Shown: positions 44,424 through 54,204, counted from the stretch's first letter. The stretch is 64,000 bases of DNA from Pseudomonadota bacterium (GCA_018241425.1 JAFEDU010000008.1:5424-69423), one strand, 5' to 3'. Notes: generated from the sequence alone by a model not told the origin. A program made the numbers and translations.

Positions 44424-45574
44424 AGGCTGCGACCCTGCTCTTCCTCGACGATCTTGAGGGCACCGCCGTCGTCGATGTTCTTCTGCTCGCGCTTGCTCTC
44501 GAGCTTGATGCGCAGCCGCAGCTCGTTCTTGGAGTCGGCGTTGCGCAGCGCATCCTCGTAGGAGATGTAGCCGGTCTCGTAGAGCTCGTAGAGCGACTGG
44601 TCGAAGGTCTTCATGCCGAGGCGGTTGGAGCGCGCCATGACCTCTTTGATCTTGGCGACCTCGCCCTTGAAGATCAGGTCCTGGATCAGGGGCGAGTTCA
44701 GCATGATCTCCATGGAGGCGATGCGCCCGGTGCCGGACTCGCGCGGGATGAGGCGCTGCGAGATGAGGCCGCGGATGTTGAGCGACAGGTCCATGAGCAG
44801 CTGGTCGCGCCGCTCGTCCGGGAAGAAGTTGATGATGCGGTCGAGCGCCTGGTTGGAGCTGTTGGCGTGCAGGGTCGCGAGCACCAGGTGGCCGGTCTCG
44901 GAGAACTGGATGCCGTACTCCATGGTCTCGCGGTCACGGATCTCGCCGATGAGGATGACGTCCGGGGCCTGGCGCAGGGTGTTCTTGAGCGCCGCCTGCC
45001 AGCTGTCGGTGTCCACGCCCACCTCGCGGTGCGTGATCACGCAGCCCTTGTGGGTGTGCACGTACTCCACCGGGTCCTCGATGGTCACGATGTGGCCGCG
45101 GGTCTTCTCGTTGCGGTAGCCCACCATCGCGGCGAGCGAGGTCGACTTGCCGGAGCCCGTGCCGCCCACCAGGATGACGAGGCCGCGCTTGGAGAGCACG
45201 ACCTCCTTCAGGATCGGCGGCAGGTCCAGTTCCTCGAAGGTCGGGATCTTGGCGTTGATGAGGCGGATGACGCAGCCGACCGCGGCCTGCTGCACGAACG
45301 CCGAGACGCGGAAGCGGCCGATGCCGGGGGGTGCGATGGCGAAGTTGCACTCCTTGCTGGCGTCGAACTCCTTGGTCTGGCGGTCGTTCATGATGGCGCG
45401 CACCAGGGTCGCCGACTGCTCGGGCGTGAGGGCGCGCTCGGACTGCGGGCGGATCTCCCCGTCCACCTTGATCGCCGGCGGGAACCCCGCGGTGATGAAG
45501 AGGTCCGAGGCCTTCTTCTCTGTGACCCGCCGCAGCAGGTCCTGCATCAGCTTGATGGCTTGATCGCGATCCAT
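44420..45574 (-). CDS. pilU: type IV pilus ATPase PilU
   Basis: 384 aa, closely PilU-like throughout (ASDLFITAGFPPAIKVDG, GGTGSGKSTSLAAMVGYRN, TLRQAPDVILIGEIRD, ATLHANSSNQALDRIINFFP). Basic/acidic C-terminal extension. Confidence 0.9.
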   Translation of the reverse strand: MDRDQAIKLMQDLLRRVTEKKASDLFITAGFPPAIKVDGEIRPQSERALTPEQSATLVRAIMNDRQTKEFDASKECNFAIAPPGIGRFRVSAFVQQAAVGCVIRLINAKIPTFEELDLPPILKEVVLSKRGLVILVGGTGSGKSTSLAAMVGYRNEKTRGHIVTIEDPVEYVHTHKGCVITHREVGVDTDSWQAALKNTLRQAPDVILIGEIRDRETMEYGIQFSETGHLVLATLHANSSNQALDRIINFFPDERRDQLLMDLSLNIRGLISQRLIPRESGTGRIASMEIMLNSPLIQDLIFKGEVAKIKEVMARSNRLGMKTFDQSLYELYETGYISYEDALRNADSKNELRLRIKLESKREQKNIDDGGALKIVEEEQGRSL

Positions 45575-45609
45575 GGCTCGTGGCTCTTGGCCTTAGGCGT
45601 TGAGAGGGA

Positions 45610-46650
45610 TTAAACCGCGTCCTTGTTCTGCGCCTTGTAGCGCGCCTCTTCCTTGCTGACGACGCCCTTGGCGACGAGCTCGGTGAGGCACTGGTCCAGG
45701 GTCTGCATCCCCGCGGCGCCGCCGGTCTGGATCGAGGAGTACATCTGCGCGATCTTGCCCTCGCGGATGAGGTTTCGGATCGCGGGGGTGCCGATCATGA
45801 TCTCGTGCGCGGCCACGCGGCCGCCGCCGTTCTTCTTCAGCAGGCTCTGCGAGATGACCGCGCGCAGCGACTCGGACAGCATCGAGCGCACCATGTCCTT
45901 CTCCTCGCCGGGGAACACGTCGACGATGCGATCGATGGTCTTGGCGGCGGAAGAAGTGTGCAGGGTGCCGAACACCAGGTGGCCGGTCTCGGCGGCGGTG
46001 AGCGCCAGGCGGATGGTCTCGAGGTCACGCATCTCGCCGACCAGGATGACGTCGGGGTCCTCGCGCAGCGCCGAGCGCAGCGCCTCGGAGAAGCCGAGCG
46101 TGTCGCGGTGCACCTCGCGCTGGTTCACGAGGCAGCGCTTGGACTCGTGCACGAACTCGATCGGGTCCTCGATGGTGATGATGTGGTCGGGGCGGTTGTC
46201 GTTGCAGTGGTTGACCATGCCGGCGAGCGTGGTCGACTTGCCCGAGCCGGTGGGGCCGGTGACCAGCACCAGGCCGCGCGGCAGCATGCACAGGTCGCGG
46301 AAGATCTTGGGCGAGGCCAGGTCGTCCAGGGACAGAATGGTGCTCGGGATGTTGCGGAACACCGCCCCGGCGCCGCGGTTCTGGTTGAAGGCGTTGACGC
46401 GGAAGCGCGCCAGCTTCGGGATCTCGAAGGAGAAGTCGGTCTCGAAGAATTCCTCGTAGGCCTTGCGCTGCTTGTCGTTCATGATGTCGTACACCATGGA
46501 GTGCACTTCCTTGTGCGACAGCGGCGGCATGTTGATGCGCTTCATGTCCCCGTCGACGCGGATCATCGGCGGCACGCCGGAGGACAGATGCAGGTCCGAG
46601 GCATTGTTCTTGACGGCGAAGGCCAAGAGTTGCGCGATGTCGACGGCCAT
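45610..46650 (-). CDS. pilT: twitching-motility retraction ATPase PilT
   Basis: ATG 46650 (MAVDIAQLLAFAVKNNASDLHLSSGVPPMIRVDG). Walker A GPTGSGKST. PilT signature IGTPAIRNLIREGK. 346 aa. Confidence 0.95.
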   Translation of the reverse strand: MAVDIAQLLAFAVKNNASDLHLSSGVPPMIRVDGDMKRINMPPLSHKEVHSMVYDIMNDKQRKAYEEFFETDFSFEIPKLARFRVNAFNQNRGAGAVFRNIPSTILSLDDLASPKIFRDLCMLPRGLVLVTGPTGSGKSTTLAGMVNHCNDNRPDHIITIEDPIEFVHESKRCLVNQREVHRDTLGFSEALRSALREDPDVILVGEMRDLETIRLALTAAETGHLVFGTLHTSSAAKTIDRIVDVFPGEEKDMVRSMLSESLRAVISQSLLKKNGGGRVAAHEIMIGTPAIRNLIREGKIAQMYSSIQTGGAAGMQTLDQCLTELVAKGVVSKEEARYKAQNKDAV

Positions 46651-46766
46651 TGATGCTCCCTGGGGACGGCGGCGCGCGCGGCCTGCGGCAGTGTCGGGAT
46701 GACGGAAAGTACCGCCTGCTGGCTGCGAGCGCGCCGGCAGTATAAACGAGGGGTTACACGTCCAAT

Positions 46767-47468
46767 ATGTTAATGAATCCGCAGAATTTGGCGCTGCGCA
46801 TCGAGAGTGTGCGCGAGCGCATCGCACGGGCCTCGGCGCAGAGCGGGCGGAGTGCGCAGTCGGTCACACTCCTGGCGGTCAGCAAGGGCCAGGACGCGCA
46901 GTTGGTGGCACAGGCCGCGGACCTGGGGGTCAGGAGCTTCGGGGAGAGCTACCTGAACGAGGCGCTGGGGAAGCTTGCGGCATTGCAGGAACGCGACCTC
47001 GAGTGGCACTTCATCGGTCGCATTCAGGCCAACAAGACCCGCGCGGTCGCCGAGAGCTTCGCCTGGGTGCACGCGGTCGACCGCCTGAGGATCGCCGAGC
47101 GCCTCTCGGCGCAGCGCCCCTTCCACGCCCCGCCGCTGAACGTGTGCCTGCAGGTCAACATCGCGGGCGAGGCCAGCAAGGGCGGCGTCGCGCCCGGGGA
47201 GCTCGGCGCGCTTGCCGCGGCGGTCGCGACGCTGCCGCGCCTGAAGCTGCGGGGCCTGATGTGCCTGCCCCCGCAGGAGGACTCGCCTGAGCGCCAGCGG
47301 CACTGGTTCCACGCCCTCGCGGAACTGCGCGCCGGGCTGAACGCCGGCGGCGCCGGCCTGGACACGCTCTCGATGGGCATGAGCGATGACTTCGAGGCCG
47401 CGATCGCCGAGGGCTCGACGCTGGTGCGCCTCGGCACGGTGTTGTTCGGCCCGAGATCCGTACAATAG
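46767..47468 (+). CDS. yggS: YggS-family PLP-binding homeostasis protein
   Basis: 233 aa with LLAVSKGQ (PLP Lys), WHFIGRIQANK and SMGMSDDFEAAI. Confidence 0.9.
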   Translation: MLMNPQNLALRIESVRERIARASAQSGRSAQSVTLLAVSKGQDAQLVAQAADLGVRSFGESYLNEALGKLAALQERDLEWHFIGRIQANKTRAVAESFAWVHAVDRLRIAERLSAQRPFHAPPLNVCLQVNIAGEASKGGVAPGELGALAAAVATLPRLKLRGLMCLPPQEDSPERQRHWFHALAELRAGLNAGGAGLDTLSMGMSDDFEAAIAEGSTLVRLGTVLFGPRSVQ

Positions 47469-47475
47469 CCCCCTC

Positions 47476-48297
47476 ATGACCACGCGACTGTGTGTTCTCG
47501 GCGCCGGCAACATGGGCCGCGCCCTGGTGAGCGGCCTCCTGCGTTCGGGCACCCGGCCCGAGCAGGTCGCGGTCGGGGAGAGCCACCCGGCCGCGCGCGA
47601 GCAGCTCGCCCGCGAGCTCGGCATCACCGCGGTCGCCGACAACGAGCAGGCCGTCAGCGGCGCCGAGATCGTGGTGCTCGCGGTGAAGCCCCAGGATGCG
47701 CAGGGCCTCCTCAAGGGCCTCGCCAAGGCCCTCACCCTCAAGCACCCGCTCCTGATCTCGGTGTGCGCGGGCACCCGGGTGTTCGACCTCGAGGCCTGGA
47801 CGGGCGGCGCGGTGCCGGTGGTGCGCGCAATGCCGAACCGGCCCGCGCTGGTCGGTGCCGGGATCAGCGGCCTGTACGCGCCGCTCAAGGTCGGCTCGCC
47901 GCTGCGCCAGGCGGCGGAAGCGGTCCTCAAGGCCGTGGGCGAGGTGGTGTGGGTGCCGACCGAGGACGCCCTGGATGTGGTGACCGCGCTGTCCGGCAGC
48001 GGGCCCGCCTACTTCTTCCTGCTCGCCGAGTGCATGGCGGAGGCCGGCGCGCAGCTCGGGCTCGAGCACCAGGTGGCCCAGCGCCTGGCGGCCGCGACGC
48101 TCTACGGCTCGGGCCTGCTCGCGCAGGGCGCCGGGGCCGACCTCGCGCGGCTGCGCGCGGAGGTGACCTCGCGCGGCGGCACCACGGATGCGGCGCTGAA
48201 GACCCTGGAGGGCGGGGGCTTCAGGGCCCTGGTCGCGAAGGCGCTGGCGGCCGCCGCGGCGCGCGGGCGCGAGCTCGCCCAGGCCAGCCGCAGCTGA
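47476..48297 (+). CDS. proC: pyrroline-5-carboxylate reductase
   Basis: ATG 47476 (MTTRLCVLGAGNMGRAL), VLAVKPQ, and C-terminal VTSRGGTTDAAL. Confidence 0.95.
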   Translation: MTTRLCVLGAGNMGRALVSGLLRSGTRPEQVAVGESHPAAREQLARELGITAVADNEQAVSGAEIVVLAVKPQDAQGLLKGLAKALTLKHPLLISVCAGTRVFDLEAWTGGAVPVVRAMPNRPALVGAGISGLYAPLKVGSPLRQAAEAVLKAVGEVVWVPTEDALDVVTALSGSGPAYFFLLAECMAEAGAQLGLEHQVAQRLAAATLYGSGLLAQGAGADLARLRAEVTSRGGTTDAALKTLEGGGFRALVAKALAAAAARGRELAQASRS

Positions 48298-48323
48298 ACC
48301 CGCCCTGCCGTTAGGATAGCCGC

Positions 48324-48893
48324 ATGAGCCTCGTCACCTTCCTGGTCAGCTACATCATCGACCCGCTGCTCGCGCTGGCGCTGTTCGCGGTCATCGCGCG
48401 CCTGCTGCTGCAGCTGACGCGGGCGGACTTCAGGAACCCGCTGTGCCAGCTGATCGTCAAGGTCACCAACCCGCTGATCCTGCCGCTGCGGCGCGTGCTG
48501 CCGCCGATCGGCAAGCTCGACACTGCCTCGGTGCTCGCGGTGCTGCTCGTGGCGGCGGTGCGGGTCGGCGCCCGCGCCATCGCCGAGGAAGGCATCGGTG
48601 CGCCGTTCTCGGGCAGCGGCATGCACCTGACGATCGCGTGGGCGAGCGCCATCGCCGCCGAGATCTACCTCATGGTGCTGTGGACCTACTTCTACGCGAT
48701 CCTCCTGTATGCCCTGCTCTACATGATCGCCCCGAGCGGCTACTCGCCGCTGCAGTCGGTGCTCGCCACCCTGTGCGAGCCGGTGCTGCGCCCGATCCGT
48801 CGCGCGATCCCCTCGATGGCGGGCATCGACCTGTCGCCCCTGTGGGCTGGACTGATCATCCAGGTGCTCATCCACCTGCCGCTCCTGTTCTGA
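48324..48893 (+). CDS. yggT: YggT-family membrane protein
   Basis: 189 aa, multi-TM, with two YggT-like halves (NPLCQLIVKVTNPLILPLRRVLP ... CEPVLRPIRRAIP). Confidence 0.85.
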   Translation: MSLVTFLVSYIIDPLLALALFAVIARLLLQLTRADFRNPLCQLIVKVTNPLILPLRRVLPPIGKLDTASVLAVLLVAAVRVGARAIAEEGIGAPFSGSGMHLTIAWASAIAAEIYLMVLWTYFYAILLYALLYMIAPSGYSPLQSVLATLCEPVLRPIRRAIPSMAGIDLSPLWAGLIIQVLIHLPLLF

Positions 48894-49085
48894 AGAGCCT
48901 GCAAATCCAGGCGCATACGTACAAGGCGCAAGCGTGCGCCCGCGACCCGTGTGCGCGCAAAAACCGGCGCTTAGCGGGCAAACTGAAGTCGCTTTCGCAC
49001 CCGCAGGTTGCGCGCGCCCCGCTCCCTCGCGCACGAAATGGCTGGAAAAAAGGGATTTTCGCGATCCTCGAAAGCAAAAAAGCGC

Positions 49086-49113
49086 TTGCGAAAGTGTGCG
49101 CATGTGCTATTTT
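49086..49113 (+). promoter_or_regulatory. candidate sigma-70 promoter with extended -10 for the HU gene
   Basis: TTGCGA (49086-49091), 16-nt spacer, then TGcTATTTT (TG at 49105-49106, -10 hexamer at 49108-49113), about 75 nt upstream of ATG 49188. Confidence 0.4.
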
Positions 49114-49187
49114 CCGCGCCGATTCGCATCGCGCGGACCGCTGACAGGCCGCGTTTTTAAAACTCAATTTTCGAGGAGTAGCGCAAA

Positions 49188-49499
49188 ATGGCGAAAAAGG
49201 GTGGCGCTCCGACCAAGTCGGAAGTCCTGACTCACATTTCCAAAGACACGGGACTGTCCCGCAAGCAGGTCGGCAGCGTCTTCGATTCGCTGAGCGGCGT
49301 GATCAAGAAGAGCCTGCGCTCGAACGGGCTGTTCACCGTTCCGGGGCTGCTGAAGCTGAAGGTCGTGAAGAAGCCCGCCACCAAGGCGCGCGAAGGCGTC
49401 AACCCGTTCACGGGCGAGAAGATGACCTTCAAGGCGAAGCCGGCGAGCAAGAAGGTTCGTGCGCTCCCGCTGAAGAGCCTCAAGGCGATGGTCAACTAA
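49188..49499 (+). CDS. HU-family DNA-binding protein
   Basis: 103 aa preceded by GAGGAG. HU fold motifs LSRKQVGSVFDSL and the arm KAREGVNPFTGEKMTFKAKP. Confidence 0.9.
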   Translation: MAKKGGAPTKSEVLTHISKDTGLSRKQVGSVFDSLSGVIKKSLRSNGLFTVPGLLKLKVVKKPATKAREGVNPFTGEKMTFKAKPASKKVRALPLKSLKAMVN

Positions 49500-49540
49500 G
49501 ACCGCTGCCGCGCGTAGGACACTTCCACGCGTCGTACCAG

Positions 49541-49576
49541 GGCCCGGACGGATCTTCCGTCCGGGCCTTTGTTTTT
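49541..49576 (+). terminator. rho-independent terminator after the HU gene
   Basis: Stem ggcccggacgg / ccgtccgggcc (49541-49551 and 49557-49567) followed by TTTGTTTTT. Confidence 0.75.
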
Positions 49577-49604
49577 CCGCAACTAGAGGGATTTGCTGGG
49601 GTTA

Positions 49605-50315
49605 TCAGCCGGCCGGCGCGGGCGCCGCGGTGCCCGGCTGCCCCTGCGCGACCGGCACGATGGTGATCTCGACGCGGCGGTTCGCGGCGCGGCCGTCCGG
49701 GGTGTCGTTGGAGGCGATCGGGTGGTTCTCCCCGTCCCCCACCACCATCAGGCGCTGGATGCGCACGCCGCGGCTCACGAGGTAGGCGGCCACCGAGTGC
49801 GCGCGGCGCTCCGAGAGCGCCTGGTTGTAGGCGGCGCTGCCGGTCGAGTCGGTGTGGCCTGCGACCTCGATCATGGTCTGGTCGTACTGCACGAGCGTCG
49901 CGCTCACCTTGTCCAGGATCGGGTAGAAGGCGGCGTTCAGGTCCGCGCTGTTGGTGGCGAAGGTGATGCTGCCGGGCATGTCGAGGGTGATGTTGTCCTG
50001 CTTGCGCACCACCTCCACGCCCGTGCCGGCCATGGCCTGCTTGAGCTGCGCCTCCTGGCGGTCCTGGTAGTTGCCGATGGCGCCGCCGGCGACCCCGCCG
50101 AGCGCCGCGCCGATGAGCGCGTTCTGGAACTTGTCCCCGCGCGTGAGCAGGCCGATGACCGCGCCCACCCCGGCGCCGATCCCGGCCCCGGTGCGGGTCT
50201 TCTGGTAGTCCGGGCTGGTGGCGGCCTGCTGCACCGGGACGCAGGCGGTCAATAGCGCCACCGCCGTGGCGAGCGCCGCGGCGCGCGAGCTGTTCATCAT
50301 TCCGTTCTTTCGCAT
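49605..50315 (-). CDS. OmpA-family lipoprotein with a glycine-zipper segment
   Basis: ATG 50315 (MRKNGMMNSSRAAALATAVALLTAC lipobox). GAGIGAGVGAVIG glycine zipper. OmpA_C motif VAGHTDSTGSAAYNQALSERRA. Confidence 0.85.
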   Translation of the reverse strand: MRKNGMMNSSRAAALATAVALLTACVPVQQAATSPDYQKTRTGAGIGAGVGAVIGLLTRGDKFQNALIGAALGGVAGGAIGNYQDRQEAQLKQAMAGTGVEVVRKQDNITLDMPGSITFATNSADLNAAFYPILDKVSATLVQYDQTMIEVAGHTDSTGSAAYNQALSERRAHSVAAYLVSRGVRIQRLMVVGDGENHPIASNDTPDGRAANRRVEITIVPVAQGQPGTAAPAPAG

Positions 50316-50383
50316 GGGGGGTTCTTGAGGCGAGTCTAGCGGCACTCCTGTCGGGGAGGCCGCGCGGGCCGATGAGCGGTGGC

Positions 50384-51013
50384 TCAGGACGGGATGAACC
50401 GCAGCACCGCGTCCTTGAGGTCGGTGATGCGGCCATGGAAGAAGTGGCCGGCGCCGGCGAGCAGCGCGAGGGTGGGCGCAGGCGTGAGCGTGCGCGCCCA
50501 GTCGAGCACGAAGTCCGCGGGCACCACGTCGTCGGCATCGCCCTGGACGATGAGCCACGGGCAGGCAGGACCGGGCGCGTGCGTGACGTCGATCTTGGTG
50601 ACCCCGGGGGAGATCAGCACCAGGAGGTCGGGGTGGCTGGTCGCGGCGGCCAGCACGGCCACGGCCCCGCCGAAGGAGAAGCCGCCGAGCCAGAGCGGCA
50701 GGCCCGGCCAGCGGCCGCGGGCGTACTCGATGACCGCGAGCGCGTCCCGGGTCTCGCCCCGGCCCTCGTCGTAGGCGCCGGCACTGGCCCCCACGCCGCG
50801 GAAGTTGAAGCGGATGCTCGCCGCCCCGCGCTCGCCGAAGGCGCGCGCCACGGTGTGCACGACCTTGTGGTCCATGTTGCCGCCGTAGAGCGGGTGCGGA
50901 TGGCACACCACGCCCACGGCGCGCGGCGGACCTTCCGCCGGGGTCTCGATGAGCGCCTCCAGTGGGCCCTGGGGTCCACTGAGGGTGGCCCGCTCGGCGC
51001 GTGGCGCCGGCAC
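50384..51013 (-). CDS. alpha/beta-fold hydrolase
   Basis: 209 aa with HPHPLYGGNM, the nucleophile elbow GFSFGG, and C-terminal GAGHFFHG. Confidence 0.8.
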   Translation of the reverse strand: MPAPRAERATLSGPQGPLEALIETPAEGPPRAVGVVCHPHPLYGGNMDHKVVHTVARAFGERGAASIRFNFRGVGASAGAYDEGRGETRDALAVIEYARGRWPGLPLWLGGFSFGGAVAVLAAATSHPDLLVLISPGVTKIDVTHAPGPACPWLIVQGDADDVVPADFVLDWARTLTPAPTLALLAGAGHFFHGRITDLKDAVLRFIPS

Positions 51014-51017
51014 GGCG

Positions 51018-52943
51018 CTAGGCCGCCGCCGTGCCGCCCTGGCCGGTGAGGCGCACCAGCAGGCGGTTCAGGCGCGCCACGTACTCGGGCGGGTTCGCCA
51101 GCTGGCTGCCCTCTGCGAGCGAGGCCTGCTCGTAGATGAGCTGGGTGAGCTCGCCGAAGTCCGCGGACTCCTTCAGTCCATCGAGGTACTTCACCAGGGG
51201 GTGGGTCACGTTGAGCTCGAGCACCGGCACCGCTTCCGGGGCCTTCTGTCCGGCGGCGGCAAGGATGCGGCGCATCTGGTCGCCGATGTCGTGGTCGCCG
51301 AGCACCAGGCAGGCCGGCGACTCGCGCAGGCGCTCGCTCACCTTCACCTCGCTCACGCGCTCCCCGAGGGCGTCCTTGACGCGCTTGAGCAGCCCCTTGC
51401 TCTCCTTGAGCTCCTCCTCGTGGGTCTTGCGGTCGGCCTCGCTGGCGAGCCCGGCGAGCCCCAGGTCCCCGCGCGAGGCGTCCTTGAACTTCTTGCCCTC
51501 GAATTCGGTGAGCTGGCCCATCACCCACTCGTCGATGCGCTCGGACAGCAGCAGCACCTCCAGGCCCCGTTCCTTCAGGCGCTCGATGGCCGGGTGGGCG
51601 CGGGCGGCTGCGACGCTCTCGGCGATCACGTAGTAGATGCGCTCCTGGCCGCCCTGCATGCGGCCGACATACTCGGCCAGGGTCACGGTGGGGGCGTCCT
51701 CGGCGCTGTGCGTGCTGGCAAAGCGCAGGAGTCCGAGGATCGTGGCCTGGTTGGGCAGGTCCTGGACCACGCCCTCCTTCAGCACCGCCCCGAACTCCTT
51801 CCAGAACGTGGCGTACTTGGCGGCATCCTCCCGGGCAAGGCGCCCGATGAGGTCGAGCACGCGCTTGGTGAGGCCGTTGCGGATGGCCTCGACCTCGGGC
51901 TCCTGCTGCAGGATCTCGCGCGAGACGTTCAGCGGCAGGTCGGCGGAGTCGACCACCCCCTTCACGAAGCGCAGGTACAGGGGCAGGAACTGCTCGGCGT
52001 CGTCCATGATGAACACGCGCCGCACGTACAGCTTCAGTCCCCGCGCCCCCTCGCGCTGGTTGAGGTCGAAGGGCGCCCGCGAGGGCAGGTACAGGAGGCT
52101 CGTGTACTCCCGCTTGCCCTCGACGCGGTTGTGGCTCCAGGTCAGGGGCTCGGTGAAGTCGTGCGCGAGGTACTGGTAGAACTCGCGGTACTCCTCGTCC
52201 TTGATCTCGGCGCGCGGCAGGGTCCACAGGGCCTTCGCCTGGTTGACCGCCTCGTACTCGAGGGAGGCCTCGCCCTCCTTGCGCATGCGCACCGGGAAGC
52301 CGATGTGGTCGGAGTAGCGGCGGATGAGGCCGCGCAGCCGGTAGGGGTCGGCGAACTCCTTCGCATCCTCCTTCAGGTACAGGGTGACCTCGGTGCCGCG
52401 GGCGTCGCGGTGCACGGTCTCGACCGTGAAGTCCCCGTCGGCGCGGGATTCCCAGCGCACGCCGGCCTCGGCGGGCGCCCCGGCGCGGCGCGAGCGGACC
52501 TCGACGCGGTCGGCCACGATGAAGGCGGAGTAGAACCCGACGCCGAACTGGCCGATGAGGGCCGAGGCCTTCTGCTGGTCCCCGGAGAGCGAGCGGAAGA
52601 ACTCGGCAGTGCCGGAGCGGGCGATCGTGCCCAGGTTCTTCACCGCCTCCTCCCGGCTCATGCCGATGCCGTTGTCGGTGATGGTCACGGTGCCGGCGGC
52701 GGGGTCGCCGTCGATTCGGATGCCCAGCTCCGGGTCCTGGGCCAAGAGGGCGGCATCGGCGATGGCGGCGAAGCGCAGCCGGTCGCAGGCGTCCGAGGCG
52801 TTGGAGATGAGCTCACGCAGGAAGATCTCCCGGTGGCTGTAGAGGGAGTGGATCATGAGCTTCAGGAGCTCACGCACCTCGGCCTGGAAGCCGTGGGTTT
52901 CCTTGGAGGCGGCCCCCGCGGGGCTCTCGGTGGTCTCTGCCAT
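51018..52943 (-). CDS. htpG: molecular chaperone HtpG (Hsp90)
   Basis: 641 aa with HGFQAEVRELLKLMIHSLYSHREIFLRELISNASDA and GQFGVGFYSAF. Confidence 0.97.
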   Translation of the reverse strand: MAETTESPAGAASKETHGFQAEVRELLKLMIHSLYSHREIFLRELISNASDACDRLRFAAIADAALLAQDPELGIRIDGDPAAGTVTITDNGIGMSREEAVKNLGTIARSGTAEFFRSLSGDQQKASALIGQFGVGFYSAFIVADRVEVRSRRAGAPAEAGVRWESRADGDFTVETVHRDARGTEVTLYLKEDAKEFADPYRLRGLIRRYSDHIGFPVRMRKEGEASLEYEAVNQAKALWTLPRAEIKDEEYREFYQYLAHDFTEPLTWSHNRVEGKREYTSLLYLPSRAPFDLNQREGARGLKLYVRRVFIMDDAEQFLPLYLRFVKGVVDSADLPLNVSREILQQEPEVEAIRNGLTKRVLDLIGRLAREDAAKYATFWKEFGAVLKEGVVQDLPNQATILGLLRFASTHSAEDAPTVTLAEYVGRMQGGQERIYYVIAESVAAARAHPAIERLKERGLEVLLLSERIDEWVMGQLTEFEGKKFKDASRGDLGLAGLASEADRKTHEEELKESKGLLKRVKDALGERVSEVKVSERLRESPACLVLGDHDIGDQMRRILAAAGQKAPEAVPVLELNVTHPLVKYLDGLKESADFGELTQLIYEQASLAEGSQLANPPEYVARLNRLLVRLTGQGGTAAA

Positions 52944-53082
52944 GGTTTTGCGCGCTTGGCCTTTGGAGGGACAGGGTTGCCGTGCGGGCCGTCAGCGGCC
53001 GCATCTTGTGGGGTGCGATCTTGAGGGCCGGCGCGGGAATTTCAAGCGCGGCGTGCGCCGCGCGCCCCGCCGGCGGGGCGGG

Positions 53083-53265
53083 TCAGCCGGCGAACGCCAG
53101 GGCGGTGCGGTGCGCGATCAGGAGGGTCAGGGCGCCACCCAGGAGGGCGGCGAGGAACGGGGCGGCGGTGGCGAGGGTCTCGGTGGCGGCCCAGGTCGCG
53201 AGGTGGCGACACGTGCACCAGACATCGTCCAATTCGTCCCACAGATGCAGAAAACGTTCTTCCAT
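53083..53265 (-). CDS. possible small membrane protein (60 aa)
   Basis: ATG 53265 (MEERFLHLWDELDD...) inside ORF 53083..53292. Strongly GC-biased third positions in the C-terminal hydrophobic half (APFLAALLGGALTLLIA). No obvious SD and no family. Confidence 0.35.
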   Translation of the reverse strand: MEERFLHLWDELDDVWCTCRHLATWAATETLATAAPFLAALLGGALTLLIAHRTALAFAG

Positions 53266-53406
53266 CGCGGGGCGTAATCTACGCACGCGCACATGTCGCG
53301 GGCGTGTCCGCGCTCACAGTGCTCACCCTGCGCTTGCAGGAGTTAAATAGCGTGCGTAGGCTTGGCTGCGACCCGCGTCACGCGCACGCGTCAAGCCAAG
53401 GAAGCC

Positions 53407-54204
53407 ATGCAGCGTATCGTCGTCCTGAACCCCAAGGGAGGGTCCGGCAAGACGACCATCGCAATCAATCTGGCAAGCTACCTGGCCTCGCGCGGCCATA
53501 CCCCGGTCCTCATGGACCACGACCCCCAGGGCTCCTCCCTGCGCTGGGTTAAGAAGCGCAAGCCCGCCCAGCCCCCCATCCACGTGATCGCGGCCTACGA
53601 GAAGGACACGCGCACCACGCGGGCCTTCCAGCTGCGGCCGCCGCCGAATACCTCGCACATGATCATCGACACGCCCGCCGCCCTCACCCCGGCGCAGCTG
53701 CCGGACATGGTGCGCGATGCGGCGAAGATCATCGTGCCGGTGCTGCCCTCGGACATCGACATCCACACCTGTTCGCGCTGCATCCGGGACCTCCTCCTGG
53801 TGGCCAAGATCCGCCGCGAGGACGACCGCATCGGGGTGATCGCGAACCGCGTGAAGCGCAATACCCTCATCTACCAGGCGCTCATCCGCTTCCTGCACAC
53901 CCTGGGGATCCCGATCGTGGCGACGCTGCGCGACTCGCAGAACTACGTGCGCGCGGCGGAGCTCGGGGTCGGGCTGCACGAGATGAAGGCCTACGTGGCC
54001 GCACCGGACACCGAGCAGTGGGCGCCGCTGGTGGAGTGGCTGACGCGCCCGAAGCCGGGCGCAGCGAAGCCGCCGGAGGCTCCCACGGAGGGGGGTGCGA
54101 CTCCTCCGGCGGGCGGGGACGGCAGCTCCACGGGCACCGGTCCCGCGCTGGAGCAGGCGATGGCCGAGCTGCCGCCGCTGCCGGCGCAGGTCTCGAACGC
54201 TTAA
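53407..54204 (+). CDS. ParA/MinD-superfamily ATPase (orphan ParA-like)
   Basis: ATG 53407 (MQRIVVLNPKGGSGKTTIAINLA, deviant Walker A KGGxGKT), DHDPQGS and IIDTPAA. Pro/Gly-rich C-terminal tail. Confidence 0.85.
   Translation: MQRIVVLNPKGGSGKTTIAINLASYLASRGHTPVLMDHDPQGSSLRWVKKRKPAQPPIHVIAAYEKDTRTTRAFQLRPPPNTSHMIIDTPAALTPAQLPDMVRDAAKIIVPVLPSDIDIHTCSRCIRDLLLVAKIRREDDRIGVIANRVKRNTLIYQALIRFLHTLGIPIVATLRDSQNYVRAAELGVGLHEMKAYVAAPDTEQWAPLVEWLTRPKPGAAKPPEAPTEGGATPPAGGDGSSTGTGPALEQAMAELPPLPAQVSNA

Noticed and set aside
48894-49085. Recurring GCGAAA/TTTCGC motifs and A-tracts in the 290-nt region upstream of the HU gene. Considered as repeated operator sites or a sigma-54 promoter (TGGCTGgaaaaaaGGGA).
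   Set aside because: The motifs are short, irregularly spaced and not clearly palindromic. The sigma-54 -12 element (TTGC) is missing. Only the extended -10 sigma-70 candidate at 49086-49113 was retained.
53008-53046. Sigma-32 heat-shock promoter upstream of htpG. On the minus strand, CTTGAAA (53046-53040), a 13-nt spacer and CCTCAAGAT (53026-53018); also CCCCAC at 53013-53008.
   Set aside because: Only a partial match. The -10 element has 4 of 6 core positions, and the better CCCCAC element is at the wrong distance from the -35. It is plausible but not supportable as a feature without transcript mapping.
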